A stretch of DNA of 64,000 bases from an uncultured Acidobacteriota bacterium (GCA_963803995.1 CAWDOT010000005.1:179154-243153), one strand, 5' to 3'; counted from the first letter of the stretch, positions 1 through 8,750 are shown. Numbers and translations: made by a program. The notes: generated by a model not told the origin, from the sequence alone.

Positions 1-736
1 CGCGCTCCAGATCGACGGGAACCAGGCGCGGGCCTACGCGGTGCTCTCCGGGGTCGCGCAGGGGCGCTGGCAGTGGCAGGAAGCCGAGGAGCACGCCCGA
101 CACGCGATCGAGCTCGATCCGAACTCCGCCGACGCCCGCCGGAGCTACTGGCGGATCCTGGCCCCGCAGGCACGCTGGGCGGAGGCCCGCAGGCAGATCG
201 ATCTCGCCGTCCGGCTCGATCCGCTCTCCGCGCAGATGACCTCGAACCTGGGGCTCCAGCTCGTGTTCGAGCGGCGCTACGACGAGGCCGAGCGCGTCCT
301 CAAACATGCGCTCGAGCTCGACCGCGACTTTACGCTGTCGCATGCCTGGCTCTGGATCGTCTATACCAAGAAGAGGCAGGACCCCGAGCGCGGGCAGGAG
401 CTGGCCCGCTATCTGGAGGCCGTCAACCTGGGGCAGGCCGTGCCCGAGCTGGAACGCGAGCTGGCGGGTTCGGGCTACGAGGCCGCGCTGCGCGCGATCG
501 CGCTCCGGCTCTCCGCCGAGTATGCCGGCGACCCCGCGCAGGTCGGCATCATCTCCGGCCTCCTCGCCGAGGCAGGCAAGTCCGAGGAAGCCCTCAAGTG
601 GCTGCGCCTCGGACTCGAACGGCGCATCTGGGATCTGCCCTGGCAGGCCGTCACTCCCGATCTCGAAAACCTGCGCGGCCTTCCCGAGTACCGGCGCATC
701 ATCGCCGCGACCGGGCTTCCCAACGCGGACCTCTGA
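1..736 (+). CDS. TPR-repeat protein, 5'-partial (continues upstream of the window)
   Basis: ORF 41..736 translation shows repeated TPR-like A/L/Y/W helical pattern (AIELDPNSADARRSYW..., LDPLSAQMTSNLG..., LELDRDFTLSHAWLW...). The frame is open back to base 2. Confidence 0.6.
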   Translation, partial: ALQIDGNQARAYAVLSGVAQGRWQWQEAEEHARHAIELDPNSADARRSYWRILAPQARWAEARRQIDLAVRLDPLSAQMTSNLGLQLVFERRYDEAERVLKHALELDRDFTLSHAWLWIVYTKKRQDPERGQELARYLEAVNLGQAVPELERELAGSGYEAALRAIALRLSAEYAGDPAQVGIISGLLAEAGKSEEALKWLRLGLERRIWDLPWQAVTPDLENLRGLPEYRRIIAATGLPNADL

Positions 737-755
737 TCGTCGCGGGCTCCCGCCC

Positions 756-977
756 TCAATCTTGAATGTTGATCTTCGCCGCCGCCGCGTAGCGGTCGCC
801 GAGGTACTTCTTGAGCGCCTCCCGGTTGCCGCCGCGGACGAGCGCCTTCTCGATCGCGGTCAGCCCGGCCTCGTCCATGAGCTTATCGGCGGCCGCGCCG
901 CCCTTCTTCATGGTCGCGCGCAGCGACGGGTGCTTCGAGAGCGCGACGAGAAACGCCTGCAGATCCTGATAGGCCAT
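756..977 (-). CDS. RiPP precursor peptide (73 aa) with borosin-binding-domain / Nif11-like leader and a short hydrophobic C-terminal core
   Basis: MAYQDLQAFLVALSKHPSLRATMKKGGAAADKLMDEAGLTAIEKALVRGG-NREALKKYLGDRYAAAAKINIQD. Helical leader resembling Nif11/NHLP and split-borosin SonA-type leaders, internal GG motif, Ala/Ile-rich C-terminus. Divergent from the methyltransferase at 1082, about 105 bp apart. Confidence 0.6.
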   Translation of the reverse strand: MAYQDLQAFLVALSKHPSLRATMKKGGAAADKLMDEAGLTAIEKALVRGGNREALKKYLGDRYAAAAKINIQD

Positions 978-1081
978 GACCTCTCCCTCCTCCGGAAACG
1001 GACCGACGAATCGCGAACTAATCTAGCATCCAATTCCCGGCAACGTGGAGCACGCCGGATCGGAGTCAGGGGGTATCGACC

Positions 1082-1867
1082 ATGACGATGCAGCAGGGGG
1101 TGCTGACGATGGTCGGCACGGGCTTCCGTGTCGCCGGCCAGGTCACCGAGGAGTCGCTGTCGGCGATCGTCGAGGCCGACAAGCTCTTTCACCTGATCCA
1201 GGACCAGGTGACCCACCGCTGGCTCGAGGAGTTGAACCCGACCGCCGAGTCGCTCTACGACTCCTACCGTCCGGGCCGCCCCCGCCGCGAGACCTACGAG
1301 GAGATCGTGGAGCGGATGCTGGCGCCGGTGCGCCTGGGACGACGGGTCTGCGCGGCTTTCTACGGCCACCCCGGCGTGTTCGTGATGCCGTCCCACGAGG
1401 CGATCCGGCGCGCCCGCGCCGAGGGGCACGACGCGGAGATGCTGCCCGGCGTCTCGGCGGAGGACTGCCTCGTCGCCGACGTCGGCTTCGATCCCGGCCA
1501 GCGCGGCTGCCAGAGCTTCGAGGCCACCGACTTCCTCATCCGCCACCGACGCTTCGACGCGTCGAGCGCGCTGCTGCTCTGGCAGATCGGCGGCATCGGC
1601 GTCTCCGACTTCCGCACCGAGGTGTTCTGGAATCCGCGCGGCGTCGCGATCCTCGCCGAGACGCTCGCCGGCACCTATGGCGCGGAGCACGAGGTGGTCG
1701 TCTACGAGGCGTCGCCCTACCCGGTCGGTTCGCCCCTCGTCCACCGCTGTCGGCTGGCCGACCTGCCCGCGGCGCCCGTCACCAGCGGCTCGACGCTGCT
1801 CGTGCCGCCGCTCGCCGACCGGGAGTCCGACCAGGAGCTGCTCGCGCATCTGCGCGGTCTGGCCTGA
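1082..1867 (+). CDS. Borosin-type peptide alpha-N-methyltransferase (SonM/OphMA-like, tetrapyrrole-methylase fold)
   Basis: Strong motif identity to OphMA/SonM methyltransferase domain: MVGTGFRVAGQVT..., FYGHPGVFVMPSHEAIRRARAEGHDAEMLPGVSAEDCLVADVGFDPG, CQSFEATDF, LLLWQIGGIGV, HEVVVYEA, STLLVPPL. 261 aa, intact. Confidence 0.8.
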   Translation: MTMQQGVLTMVGTGFRVAGQVTEESLSAIVEADKLFHLIQDQVTHRWLEELNPTAESLYDSYRPGRPRRETYEEIVERMLAPVRLGRRVCAAFYGHPGVFVMPSHEAIRRARAEGHDAEMLPGVSAEDCLVADVGFDPGQRGCQSFEATDFLIRHRRFDASSALLLWQIGGIGVSDFRTEVFWNPRGVAILAETLAGTYGAEHEVVVYEASPYPVGSPLVHRCRLADLPAAPVTSGSTLLVPPLADRESDQELLAHLRGLA

Positions 1868-2281
1868 CTAGCGGCGGGCGAGCTCCGCCCGGATGCCCTC
1901 GATCAGGCGCGGCAGCCGGTCGGGACGGGGCAGCAGGCAGAGGTAGAGGATCTCGGCGACCCCATCGCCCCCCCGCTCGCCCAGGAAGTCGGAGGGGGCG
2001 TTCTCGTCCCACCAGGCGATCCAGATCGGCAGCCGGGCGGCGCGGGCTTCCTCGAGCGCGCGGCGCGACTCGGGCGAGCCGGACCAGCTCCGCGTGACGA
2101 ACAGGACGCATCCGCTGGGCGGGGTGTCGAACTCGGGCAGACCGCGCACGAAGCGCAGGTCGAGATCGGGCGCCGAGACCTCGTAGCCGGCGCGCGAGAG
2201 CTCGCGGGCGACCTCGAGCCCGAGATCGCGCTCTCCGGGGGAGGAGCGCAGCAGCAGGGTGGCCGTCATGGTCGACGGCAC
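1868..2281 (-). CDS. Hypothetical protein, possible TIR-like/DUF1863 fold (137 aa)
   Basis: ORF convergent with the methyltransferase. Segment CVLFVTRSWSGSPESRRALEEARAARLPIWIAWWDE resembles TIR-type cores. No other support. Confidence 0.35.
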   Translation of the reverse strand: MPSTMTATLLLRSSPGERDLGLEVARELSRAGYEVSAPDLDLRFVRGLPEFDTPPSGCVLFVTRSWSGSPESRRALEEARAARLPIWIAWWDENAPSDFLGERGGDGVAEILYLCLLPRPDRLPRLIEGIRAELARR

Positions 2282-2303
2282 GACTCTAGCCGATGCCGCG
2301 CCG

Positions 2304-3491
2304 TCAGGCGACGACCGGCAGCAGGGCGCTGGCGAGCTCCCGCTTCTCGGGGGTGAGCGCGTGGCGGTAGCGCGCCGCCAGCTCGGCGGTATCCGCGCGG
2401 GTGACCCAGCGCTCGTAGAGATTGGTCCGCTGGCGCGGCTCGTAGCCGGCCGCGCGGATGATGTGCTCCATCTCGTCCTGCGACATCTTGTAGTGCGCGC
2501 CCGCCGCCGAGACGACGTTCTCCTCGATCATGATCGAGCCCATGTCGTCGGCGCCGAAAGCGAGGCCGAGCTGGCCGATCTTCTTGCCCTGGGTCACCCA
2601 GCTCGACTGCAGGTGCTGGACGTTGTCGAGGAAGAGGCGCGAGACGGCGAGCGTCTTCAGGTACTCGTGCGCGAAGATCTCGGGCAGCTCGGTCAGGTCC
2701 GTGTGCTCGTGCTGGAAGGTCCAGGCGATGAAGGCGGTGAAGCCGCCGGTCTCGTCCTGCAGGTCGCGGATGCGCTGGAGGTGCTCGAGACGCGCGGCCA
2801 GGTCCTCGCCCATGCCGAACATCATCGTCGCGGTGGTGCGCATGCCGTGCCGGTGGGCCTGGCGCATGACGTCGATCCACTCCTCGGGCGAGGCCTTGGG
2901 ATAGGCGCGGACCTCCTTGCGGATCTCGTCGGAGAGGATCTCGGCGCCGCCGCCCGGGATCGACATCAGGCCGGCCTCCTTGAGCACGCCGATCACGTCG
3001 TGGAACGACATGCGCTCCTTCTTCGCCAGGAACTTGATCTCCGGCGGCGAGAAGCAGTGGCGGTGGATGTCCGGGTAGTTGTCGCGCAGGAAGTGGAGCA
3101 GATCGACGTAGTAGGAGAGCGGCAGGTCCGGGTTCACTCCGCCCTGCAGGAGGATGCCGGTGCCGTTGAGCGCCAGCGTCTCCTCGACCTTGCGGCCGAT
3201 CTCCTCGAGCGAGACCAGGTAGCCCTCTTCGTGTCCGGGCGGCCGGTAGAAGGCGCAGAAACGGCACTTGTAGACGCAGATGTTCGTGTAGTTGATGTTG
3301 CGGTCGACGTTGTAGGAGGCGAAGCCCGGCTCGTTCAGCCGGCAGCGCACCTCGTGCGCGGCCGCGCCGAGCGCGAGCAGGTCGCCGTCGAGCAGCAGGC
3401 GGTGGGCATCGCCGGCGCTGATGCGGCGGCCGGCGAGCGCGTCGGCGAGGATGGCGGCAACGGCGCGCGGCGAGGGTCCGGGCTCGAACAT
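2304..3491 (-). CDS. Radical SAM enzyme of the futalosine menaquinone pathway (MqnC/MqnE family)
   Basis: CVYKCRFCAF radical-SAM Cys motif. GGVNPDLPLSYYVDLL, FGMGEDLAARLEHLQRIRDLQDETGGFTAFIAWTFQ. Start set at internal ATG 3489..3491 (MFEPGP...), since the upstream part of the ORF is low-complexity Arg/Ser. Confidence 0.75.
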   Translation of the reverse strand: MFEPGPSPRAVAAILADALAGRRISAGDAHRLLLDGDLLALGAAAHEVRCRLNEPGFASYNVDRNINYTNICVYKCRFCAFYRPPGHEEGYLVSLEEIGRKVEETLALNGTGILLQGGVNPDLPLSYYVDLLHFLRDNYPDIHRHCFSPPEIKFLAKKERMSFHDVIGVLKEAGLMSIPGGGAEILSDEIRKEVRAYPKASPEEWIDVMRQAHRHGMRTTATMMFGMGEDLAARLEHLQRIRDLQDETGGFTAFIAWTFQHEHTDLTELPEIFAHEYLKTLAVSRLFLDNVQHLQSSWVTQGKKIGQLGLAFGADDMGSIMIEENVVSAAGAHYKMSQDEMEHIIRAAGYEPRQRTNLYERWVTRADTAELAARYRHALTPEKRELASALLPVVA

Positions 3492-3543
3492 TCGCCGGAT
3501 TCTACCGCCCCCGGTCGGCGGGGGCCCCGCCCGCCGAGGGAGA

Positions 3544-5439
3544 ATGGGCCCCATGAGCTCCCGTCGCCGACTCCCCCGTGCCCTGGCCCTGGGCGGGCTT
3601 GGCCTGCTCGCGCTCGTGGCCAGCGTGGTCCCGACCTGGCGCGTCGCGTTCGCCATGGTCCGCGACGACGGGCGCCTCGCCGCCTGGGCCAACCCCCGCC
3701 CGGAGCGGCTGCGGGTCGCCTGGCGGGAGATCCGGTCGCCGTTCCCCGGGCGCCTCGAGATCGAGGGTCTGCGCGTGGCCGGGCGGACCCAGCGGCTGCG
3801 CTGGGAGGTGAACGCGGACGCCGTCACGGGCTGGCTCTCCCCCTCTCCTCTGGCCCGCCGCGAGCTCGCCTTCACGGAAATCCGCGCGCGTGGCGTGCGC
3901 GTTCAAGTGGAATCGGCGCTGCCGCCGGCCGAGCCCGGAGTCGCGGCGCCGCCGCCACGGATTCCGGACTTTCCGGCCGGGCCGCCGCCGCCACCCGCGC
4001 CGCGCGCCCGCCCCTGGTCGTTCGGCTTCCGCGACATCGAGGTCGAGTCGCTCTCCGAGGTGCGGATCGACGACCGGGTCTTCGCGGGAAGCGCCCGCGG
4101 CCGGGGGGGATTCACGATGGTCCGGCGCCAGACCGCGGAGATCCTGCCATCCGAGGTGACGATCTCCGGCGTCGAGGTCTCGACCCCCGGAGCCCGCCAC
4201 GCCTCGGCCGTCGACGGACGAATCCGCTTCCGCGTCGACCCCTATCCCTATCGGGGCATCCGGCCGATCGATCTGCTCGGCCGCCTGACCGGCGAGATCG
4301 AGCTGGACGGCGAGCTCGACCCCCAGGCGGCGCTCGCCTACCTCACCCGCGGCTGGCCTTCGCTCGAGCTCGAGAGCGGCGTCTCCCGGCTCTCCGCCCG
4401 GCTCCGGCTCGACCATGGGCAGCTCGCCGCCGGCTCACGGCTCGACCTGCCGGCGGCGCGCCAGGCGGTCCGCTTCCTCGGCTTCGAGGCCCGCGGCACC
4501 GCGCGGATCGAGGCGCACGTCGAGAGCGCCCTCGGCGCGCCCCGCCTGCGCTCCGAGCTCACGCTCGGCGACTGGGAGCTGGGACGCCCCGGGGCGCCCG
4601 GGGTGGCCTTCGGCGACGGCCTGCGCCTGACCGCAAGCGCGGACCTGCCGAGCCTTCTGGCCCCGCCGCCCGGCGGGGAGCTCGAGGTCGACCTCGGCCG
4701 GGCACGGATTCCCGACCTCGGCTTCCTCAACGCCTTCGTGCCCGCGGCGGCAGGGCTGGAGATCGAGCGGGGCGAGGTCTCGCTCGGCGGCCGGCTCCAC
4801 CTGTCGCGGGCCGACGGCGAGGGCGACGGGCTGATCCAGGTGCGGGGCGAGCGTGTCCGGCTGCTCGCGCGCGGGCAGCACCTCGCCGGGGACCTCGAGG
4901 CCGACATCCGGCTCTCCGAACCCGACTTGCGGGCGGGCGCCTTCTCGCTCGCCGGCACGCGCGTCGCGCTGCGCCGGGTCACGGCCGAGACCTCCGGCGG
5001 GGACGAGGTGCGCGACTGGTGGGGAGACGCCACCCTGACCGCCGGCCGGATCGATCTGCGCCCGCCGCTCTCGTTCGCGGGCGACTTCACCGCCAAGCTC
5101 GCCGACACCCGTCCGCTCATCGCCTTCTACGAGATCCGGCGCGATCTCTCGGACTGGACCGAGCGGCTGTTGACCGTCGAGGGGCTCTCGGCCACTGGCA
5201 GCTTCGAGTGGAGCGTGGGGCGCTTCGCGCTCCGGCGCGGCTTCGTTCCGCTCAACCGCGGGGAGCTCCGGGCCCGGTTCCTGCTCGAGGGGGGGGAGAG
5301 CCGCGGGCGGTTGCTCGCGCGCTGGCGCCGGCTGGTGGTCGGGGTCGAGCTGGCGGGCGGCAAGCGGACCGTGCATCTCCGCGACGCCCAGGGCTGGTTC
5401 GACGCCGACCCGGAGCCGGCCGCCGCGAGTGAAGACTAG
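3544..5439 (+). CDS. Large secreted or membrane-anchored hypothetical protein (signal peptide; AsmA/TamB-like?)
   Basis: ATG 3544 preceded by GAGGGA RBS. N-terminus MGPMSSRRRLPRALALGGLGLLALVASVV is signal-like. 631 aa with repetitive beta-rich segments. Divergent from mqnC/E. Confidence 0.55.
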   Translation: MGPMSSRRRLPRALALGGLGLLALVASVVPTWRVAFAMVRDDGRLAAWANPRPERLRVAWREIRSPFPGRLEIEGLRVAGRTQRLRWEVNADAVTGWLSPSPLARRELAFTEIRARGVRVQVESALPPAEPGVAAPPPRIPDFPAGPPPPPAPRARPWSFGFRDIEVESLSEVRIDDRVFAGSARGRGGFTMVRRQTAEILPSEVTISGVEVSTPGARHASAVDGRIRFRVDPYPYRGIRPIDLLGRLTGEIELDGELDPQAALAYLTRGWPSLELESGVSRLSARLRLDHGQLAAGSRLDLPAARQAVRFLGFEARGTARIEAHVESALGAPRLRSELTLGDWELGRPGAPGVAFGDGLRLTASADLPSLLAPPPGGELEVDLGRARIPDLGFLNAFVPAAAGLEIERGEVSLGGRLHLSRADGEGDGLIQVRGERVRLLARGQHLAGDLEADIRLSEPDLRAGAFSLAGTRVALRRVTAETSGGDEVRDWWGDATLTAGRIDLRPPLSFAGDFTAKLADTRPLIAFYEIRRDLSDWTERLLTVEGLSATGSFEWSVGRFALRRGFVPLNRGELRARFLLEGGESRGRLLARWRRLVVGVELAGGKRTVHLRDAQGWFDADPEPAAASED

Positions 5440-6084
5440 GGCCGCCGGCGGCGGCGCAGCACGTAGACGAAGGCCGGCGGCAGATTGAGCAGGCTCCAGC
5501 TCGCCCGGCGCGCCTCGAGGCCGAGCTCGGCGCGCAGCTCTTTCGAGACCGGGCTGGCCGGCGCGTAGGTGAACTGGACGAAACGCCCGGCGGGACGCAG
5601 GACCCGGAAGGCGGCCTGCAGCAGCCGACGCTGATCGTCACGCCCCATCGTGAGCATCCCGAGGCCGCTCGCCACGCCGTCGATCTCGCCGGCCGCGAAC
5701 GTCCGTGAGCGCGCCACCACGTCGACCAGGTCGAAGGCGTCGGCGCAGCGCCACCTCGACCCCCGGGAAGCGATGCTCCAGGTGCGAGTGGAGCTCCGGA
5801 TTGCGCTCGAGCACCAGCAGCCGCTCGGGCGCGATGCCCCGCTCGAGCAGCGCCTGGGTGATCACGCCCGTGCCCCCGCCCAGCTCCACCACCGTCCGCG
5901 CGTCGCGCCCGACCGCGGCCGCGACCCGGCGCGCCAGCTCTCGGCCGCTCGGCGCCAGCGCCGCGATCGAACGCGGTTCGCGCAGCCACTGACGGAAGAA
6001 CTTGACCGCCGCGTCGATCTCGGTCCGTCCCTCGCGCCGGCTGCCCTCGGAAGCCGGTGCGGGCGAGCTCGGCTCTCCGCTCAT
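5436..6084 (-). pseudogene. Class I SAM-dependent methyltransferase (phospholipid N-methyltransferase-like), frameshifted
   Basis: N-part in ORF 5638..6195 (VVELGGGTGVITQALLERGIAPERLLVLERN), C-part in ORF 5436..5720 (LRPAGRFVQFTYAPASP). Frames join near a C5 run at about 5760. Confidence 0.5.
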
Positions 6085-6237
6085 GGGCGCAGTCTCTCCC
6101 GAAACGGCGGCCCGGCGCGAGCAGGGCCGCCCCCGGCCCGACTGCCAGCGGTTCGTGCGCGGCCGATAGCCCCCTGCGCGCTTCCGGCGTAGCATGGCGC
6201 CGACTACCCCGCAGGTCCTTCTCGAAAGGAATCAGGC

Positions 6238-6723
6238 ATGGGCATCTTCGACTTCATCAAGGACGCAGGCGAGAAGCTGACTGGCAAGGAGGCTCCGGCG
6301 CCCCAGCCCCAGGCGCGCAAGGTCGATCCGGCCGAGCTCGAAGCCCTCAAGCGGCGCAAGGCGCTCGAGAACCTGGTCGCGGAGCTCGGTCTCCAGGTCG
6401 AGGGCCTCGAGATCCAGGTGACCGGCGACACCGCCGTGGTGCGCGGCAAGGTCGACGACCAGGCCGAGCGCGAGAAGGTCGTCCTGGCGGTCGGCAACGT
6501 GCGCGGCATCGCCCGCGTCGACGACCGGCTCGAGGCCGCGAAGAAGGCACCCGAGGCGCAGATGCACACGGTCGTCTCCGGCGACTCGCTGTCGAAGATC
6601 GCGAAGAAGTACTACGGCAACGCCAGCCTGTACACGAAGATCTTCGAGGCCAACCAGCCGATGCTCAAGGACCCCGACAGGATCTACCCGGGACAGGTCC
6701 TGCGCATCCCACCCGCCGGCTGA
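6238..6723 (+). CDS. ygaU: BON-domain + LysM-domain protein (YgaU/Kbp-like)
   Basis: BON segment (LEIQVTGDTAVVRGKVDDQAEREKVVLAVGNVRGIARVDDRL) and C-terminal LysM (HTVVSGDSLSKIAKKYYGNASLYTKIFEANQPMLKDPDRIYPGQVLRIP). Confidence 0.8.
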   Translation: MGIFDFIKDAGEKLTGKEAPAPQPQARKVDPAELEALKRRKALENLVAELGLQVEGLEIQVTGDTAVVRGKVDDQAEREKVVLAVGNVRGIARVDDRLEAAKKAPEAQMHTVVSGDSLSKIAKKYYGNASLYTKIFEANQPMLKDPDRIYPGQVLRIPPAG

Positions 6724-6785
6724 TCCGGCCCGGACCGGCGCCCCGCCGACCGGCGGGGCGCCGGATCGCGCGCCGGACCAGTTTT

Positions 6786-6860
6786 TCCGTTCCGGATCTG
6801 TCATTTAGCCTTAACACCTCGATTGTTAATATAAAAATGGTAATGTCAGGTCTCAATCAA
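6786..6860 (+). promoter_or_regulatory. AT-rich island upstream of glnA-like gene, candidate promoter/nitrogen-regulator site
   Basis: ctgtcatttagccttaacacctcgattgttaatataaaaatggtaatgtcagg. Only strongly AT-rich stretch in about 10 kb. Direct TGTCA repeats flank an A/T core, about 40 bp upstream of ATG 6900. Confidence 0.35.
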
Positions 6861-6899
6861 GCGGGAGCTTCGCCTCCCGAATCGAGGAGCCCGGACGCC

Positions 6900-8338
6900 A
6901 TGTCGACGCCGCTGCGCGATTTCCTGGAGATCCCCTACGACCAGCTCGAGGAGATGAACCTCGAGGCCAAGGCCGACCGTCTCGCCCGCAAGGACCCGGG
7001 CCGGATCCGCGACGCCCGCCTGAAGTACCTGGCGGACGAGAAGCGGGTCAAGGCGGTCACGGTCTGCTTCACCGACCTCGAAGGCCGTTTCCACATGCTG
7101 GACTACGACAAGAAGTTCCTGCTCAAGTCGCTCGGACAACCTGACCTTCGACGGCTCCTCGATCCGCGGCTTCTCGCAGCAGGCCGAGTCCGACCTCCGT
7201 CTCTCGATCGACTGGCCGCGCCTTCTACTGGCTGCCCGCCGACGTCTTCGGCCCCGGCAAGGTGCTGGTCTTCGGCGAGGTGCAGGAGCGCGACGGCACG
7301 CCCTACCGGGCCGACATGCGGGCGCGGCTCAAGGCTTTCGCCGACAAGCTCTGGAAGAAGGACGGCACCGTCGCCAACGTGTCGAACGAGATCGAGGGCT
7401 TCCTGTTCCGGGGCCGCGACGTCGAGCGCCGCTACCACGAGACCAGGGCCTTCGAGTTCGTCTCGACCGGCGGCTACTACCACTCGCTGCCCGGCGACGC
7501 GTTGCGCCAGTTCATCGACAGCGCCGCCGAGGTGCAGCGCGCGATGGGCTTCGCCAACGAGAAGGACCACCCGGAGGTCGCGCCCTCGCAGTTCGAGATG
7601 AACTACAGCTACACCGAGGCGACCGTCGCCGCCGACCAGGTCCAGCTCTACAAGCTGCTGTCACGCCAGGTCGCGGCGCGCATGGACCTCTCCGCCTGCT
7701 TCCTGCCCAAGCCGGTGGCGGGAGTCAACGGCAACGGCATGCACACCAACATGTCGCTGTCGCGCAAGGGCAAGAACCTGTTCTGGGCGGCCACCGGGCA
7801 GGACCAGCTCTCGGCCGCCGGCTGGAGTTTCATCCATCGCCTCCTCGCCAGCGCCAACGACATCTGCCTGATCCTCAACTCGAGCGTCAACGCCTATCGC
7901 CGGCTCGACCCGCACTTCGAGGCGCCCAACCAGATCAAGGCCTCGCCGATCGACCGCGGCTCGATGGTGCGCATTCCGCTCGGCAACGAGAAGTCCGCGC
8001 GCGTCGAGGTGCGCTCGATCGCGCCCGACGCCAACCCCTACCTCGCGATCTACGCGCTGTTCAGGACCGGCCTCGAGGGCCCGATCGCCGGGGAGGACAA
8101 CGACGGCAAGCGGCCGCGCACCCGGTTCCTGCCCGACAACATCTACGACGCCATCCGGCTCTTCAAGACGAGCGACTACGCGCGCGACCTGATGGGCGAA
8201 GAGGTCCACGGCAAGTATGCCGAGGTGAAGCTCGCCTCGGCCGAGCGCTGCCCGAAGGCCCTCGGCAGCCGAGTCAAGGCCTCGGAGGTGCAGTTCCACC
8301 ACGAGGTCACCAACCAGTACCTCTGGTCGATGTTCTAG
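6900..8338 (+). CDS. glnA: Glutamine synthetase family protein (GlnA-like), interrupted by two +1 frameshifts (near 7134 and 7220)
   Basis: N-term beta-grasp segment in frame 0 (VKAVTVCFTDLEGRFHMLDYDKKFLLKSL), FDGSSIRGFSQQAESDLRLSIDW in frame 1, catalytic domain in ORF 7262..8338 (EVAPSQFEMNYSY, NGNGMHTNMSL, NAYRRL, DRGSMVRIP). Confidence 0.75.
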
Positions 8339-8383
8339 ACCCGGGCGGGCCCACCCCCACCCCGTGCGCCGAAGGCGCAACCC

Positions 8384-8418
8384 GAGAGCCCGGTTCTCCG
8401 CAGGAGAGCCGGGCTCTC
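8384..8418 (+). terminator. Stem-loop downstream of glnA-like gene (no T-tract)
   Basis: gagagcccgg (8384..8393) / ccgggctctc (8409..8418) inverted repeat with 15-nt loop. Confidence 0.35.
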
Positions 8419-8445
8419 CGTCCGTATGGCTGAGCGTCCCCGACA

Positions 8446-8706
8446 GGAAAAGCAAAAGCCCATAGAAGGGAAAGCAGGACGGCCGCGGCGATTGCTGGCC
8501 CGTCACTCGCTGCGCAACCGCGCGCCACGGAGCCGCCCTCGAGCACAGCCCGCCGCCACGACCCGCAGGCCCCGCTGTCTCCGGGCCTCCAGGCCTCCAG
8601 GCCCCCAGGCCCCGATCACTTCGGACTCGGCTCCCACAAGGCCTGACCGACCCGAGGCCGCCCAGCCTGCCACCATTCCCTTAGATGGGCTTTTCAGCTT
8701 TTCAGC
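8446..8706. repeat. 261-bp element bounded by about 30-bp imperfect terminal inverted repeats (MITE-like or structured RNA)
   Basis: 8446..8475 ggaaaagcaaaagcccatagaagggaaagc versus reverse complement of 8673..8706 (gaaaagctgaaaagcccatctaagggaatgg). Interior has CTCCAGGC x3 tandem repeat. A third copy of the end motif lies at 62622..62650. Confidence 0.5.
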
Positions 8707-8750
8707 TTCTGAGCTTCGAGCTCTCGAGCCGCCCGCTTCCGCGTCGCGGA

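Noticed and set aside
2259-5432. 1057-aa ORF on + strand overlapping mqnC/E and the secreted protein gene
   Set aside because: Translation is Arg/Ala/Gly/Pro low-complexity typical of an off-frame read through GC-rich coding DNA. The real genes occupy other frames or the other strand.
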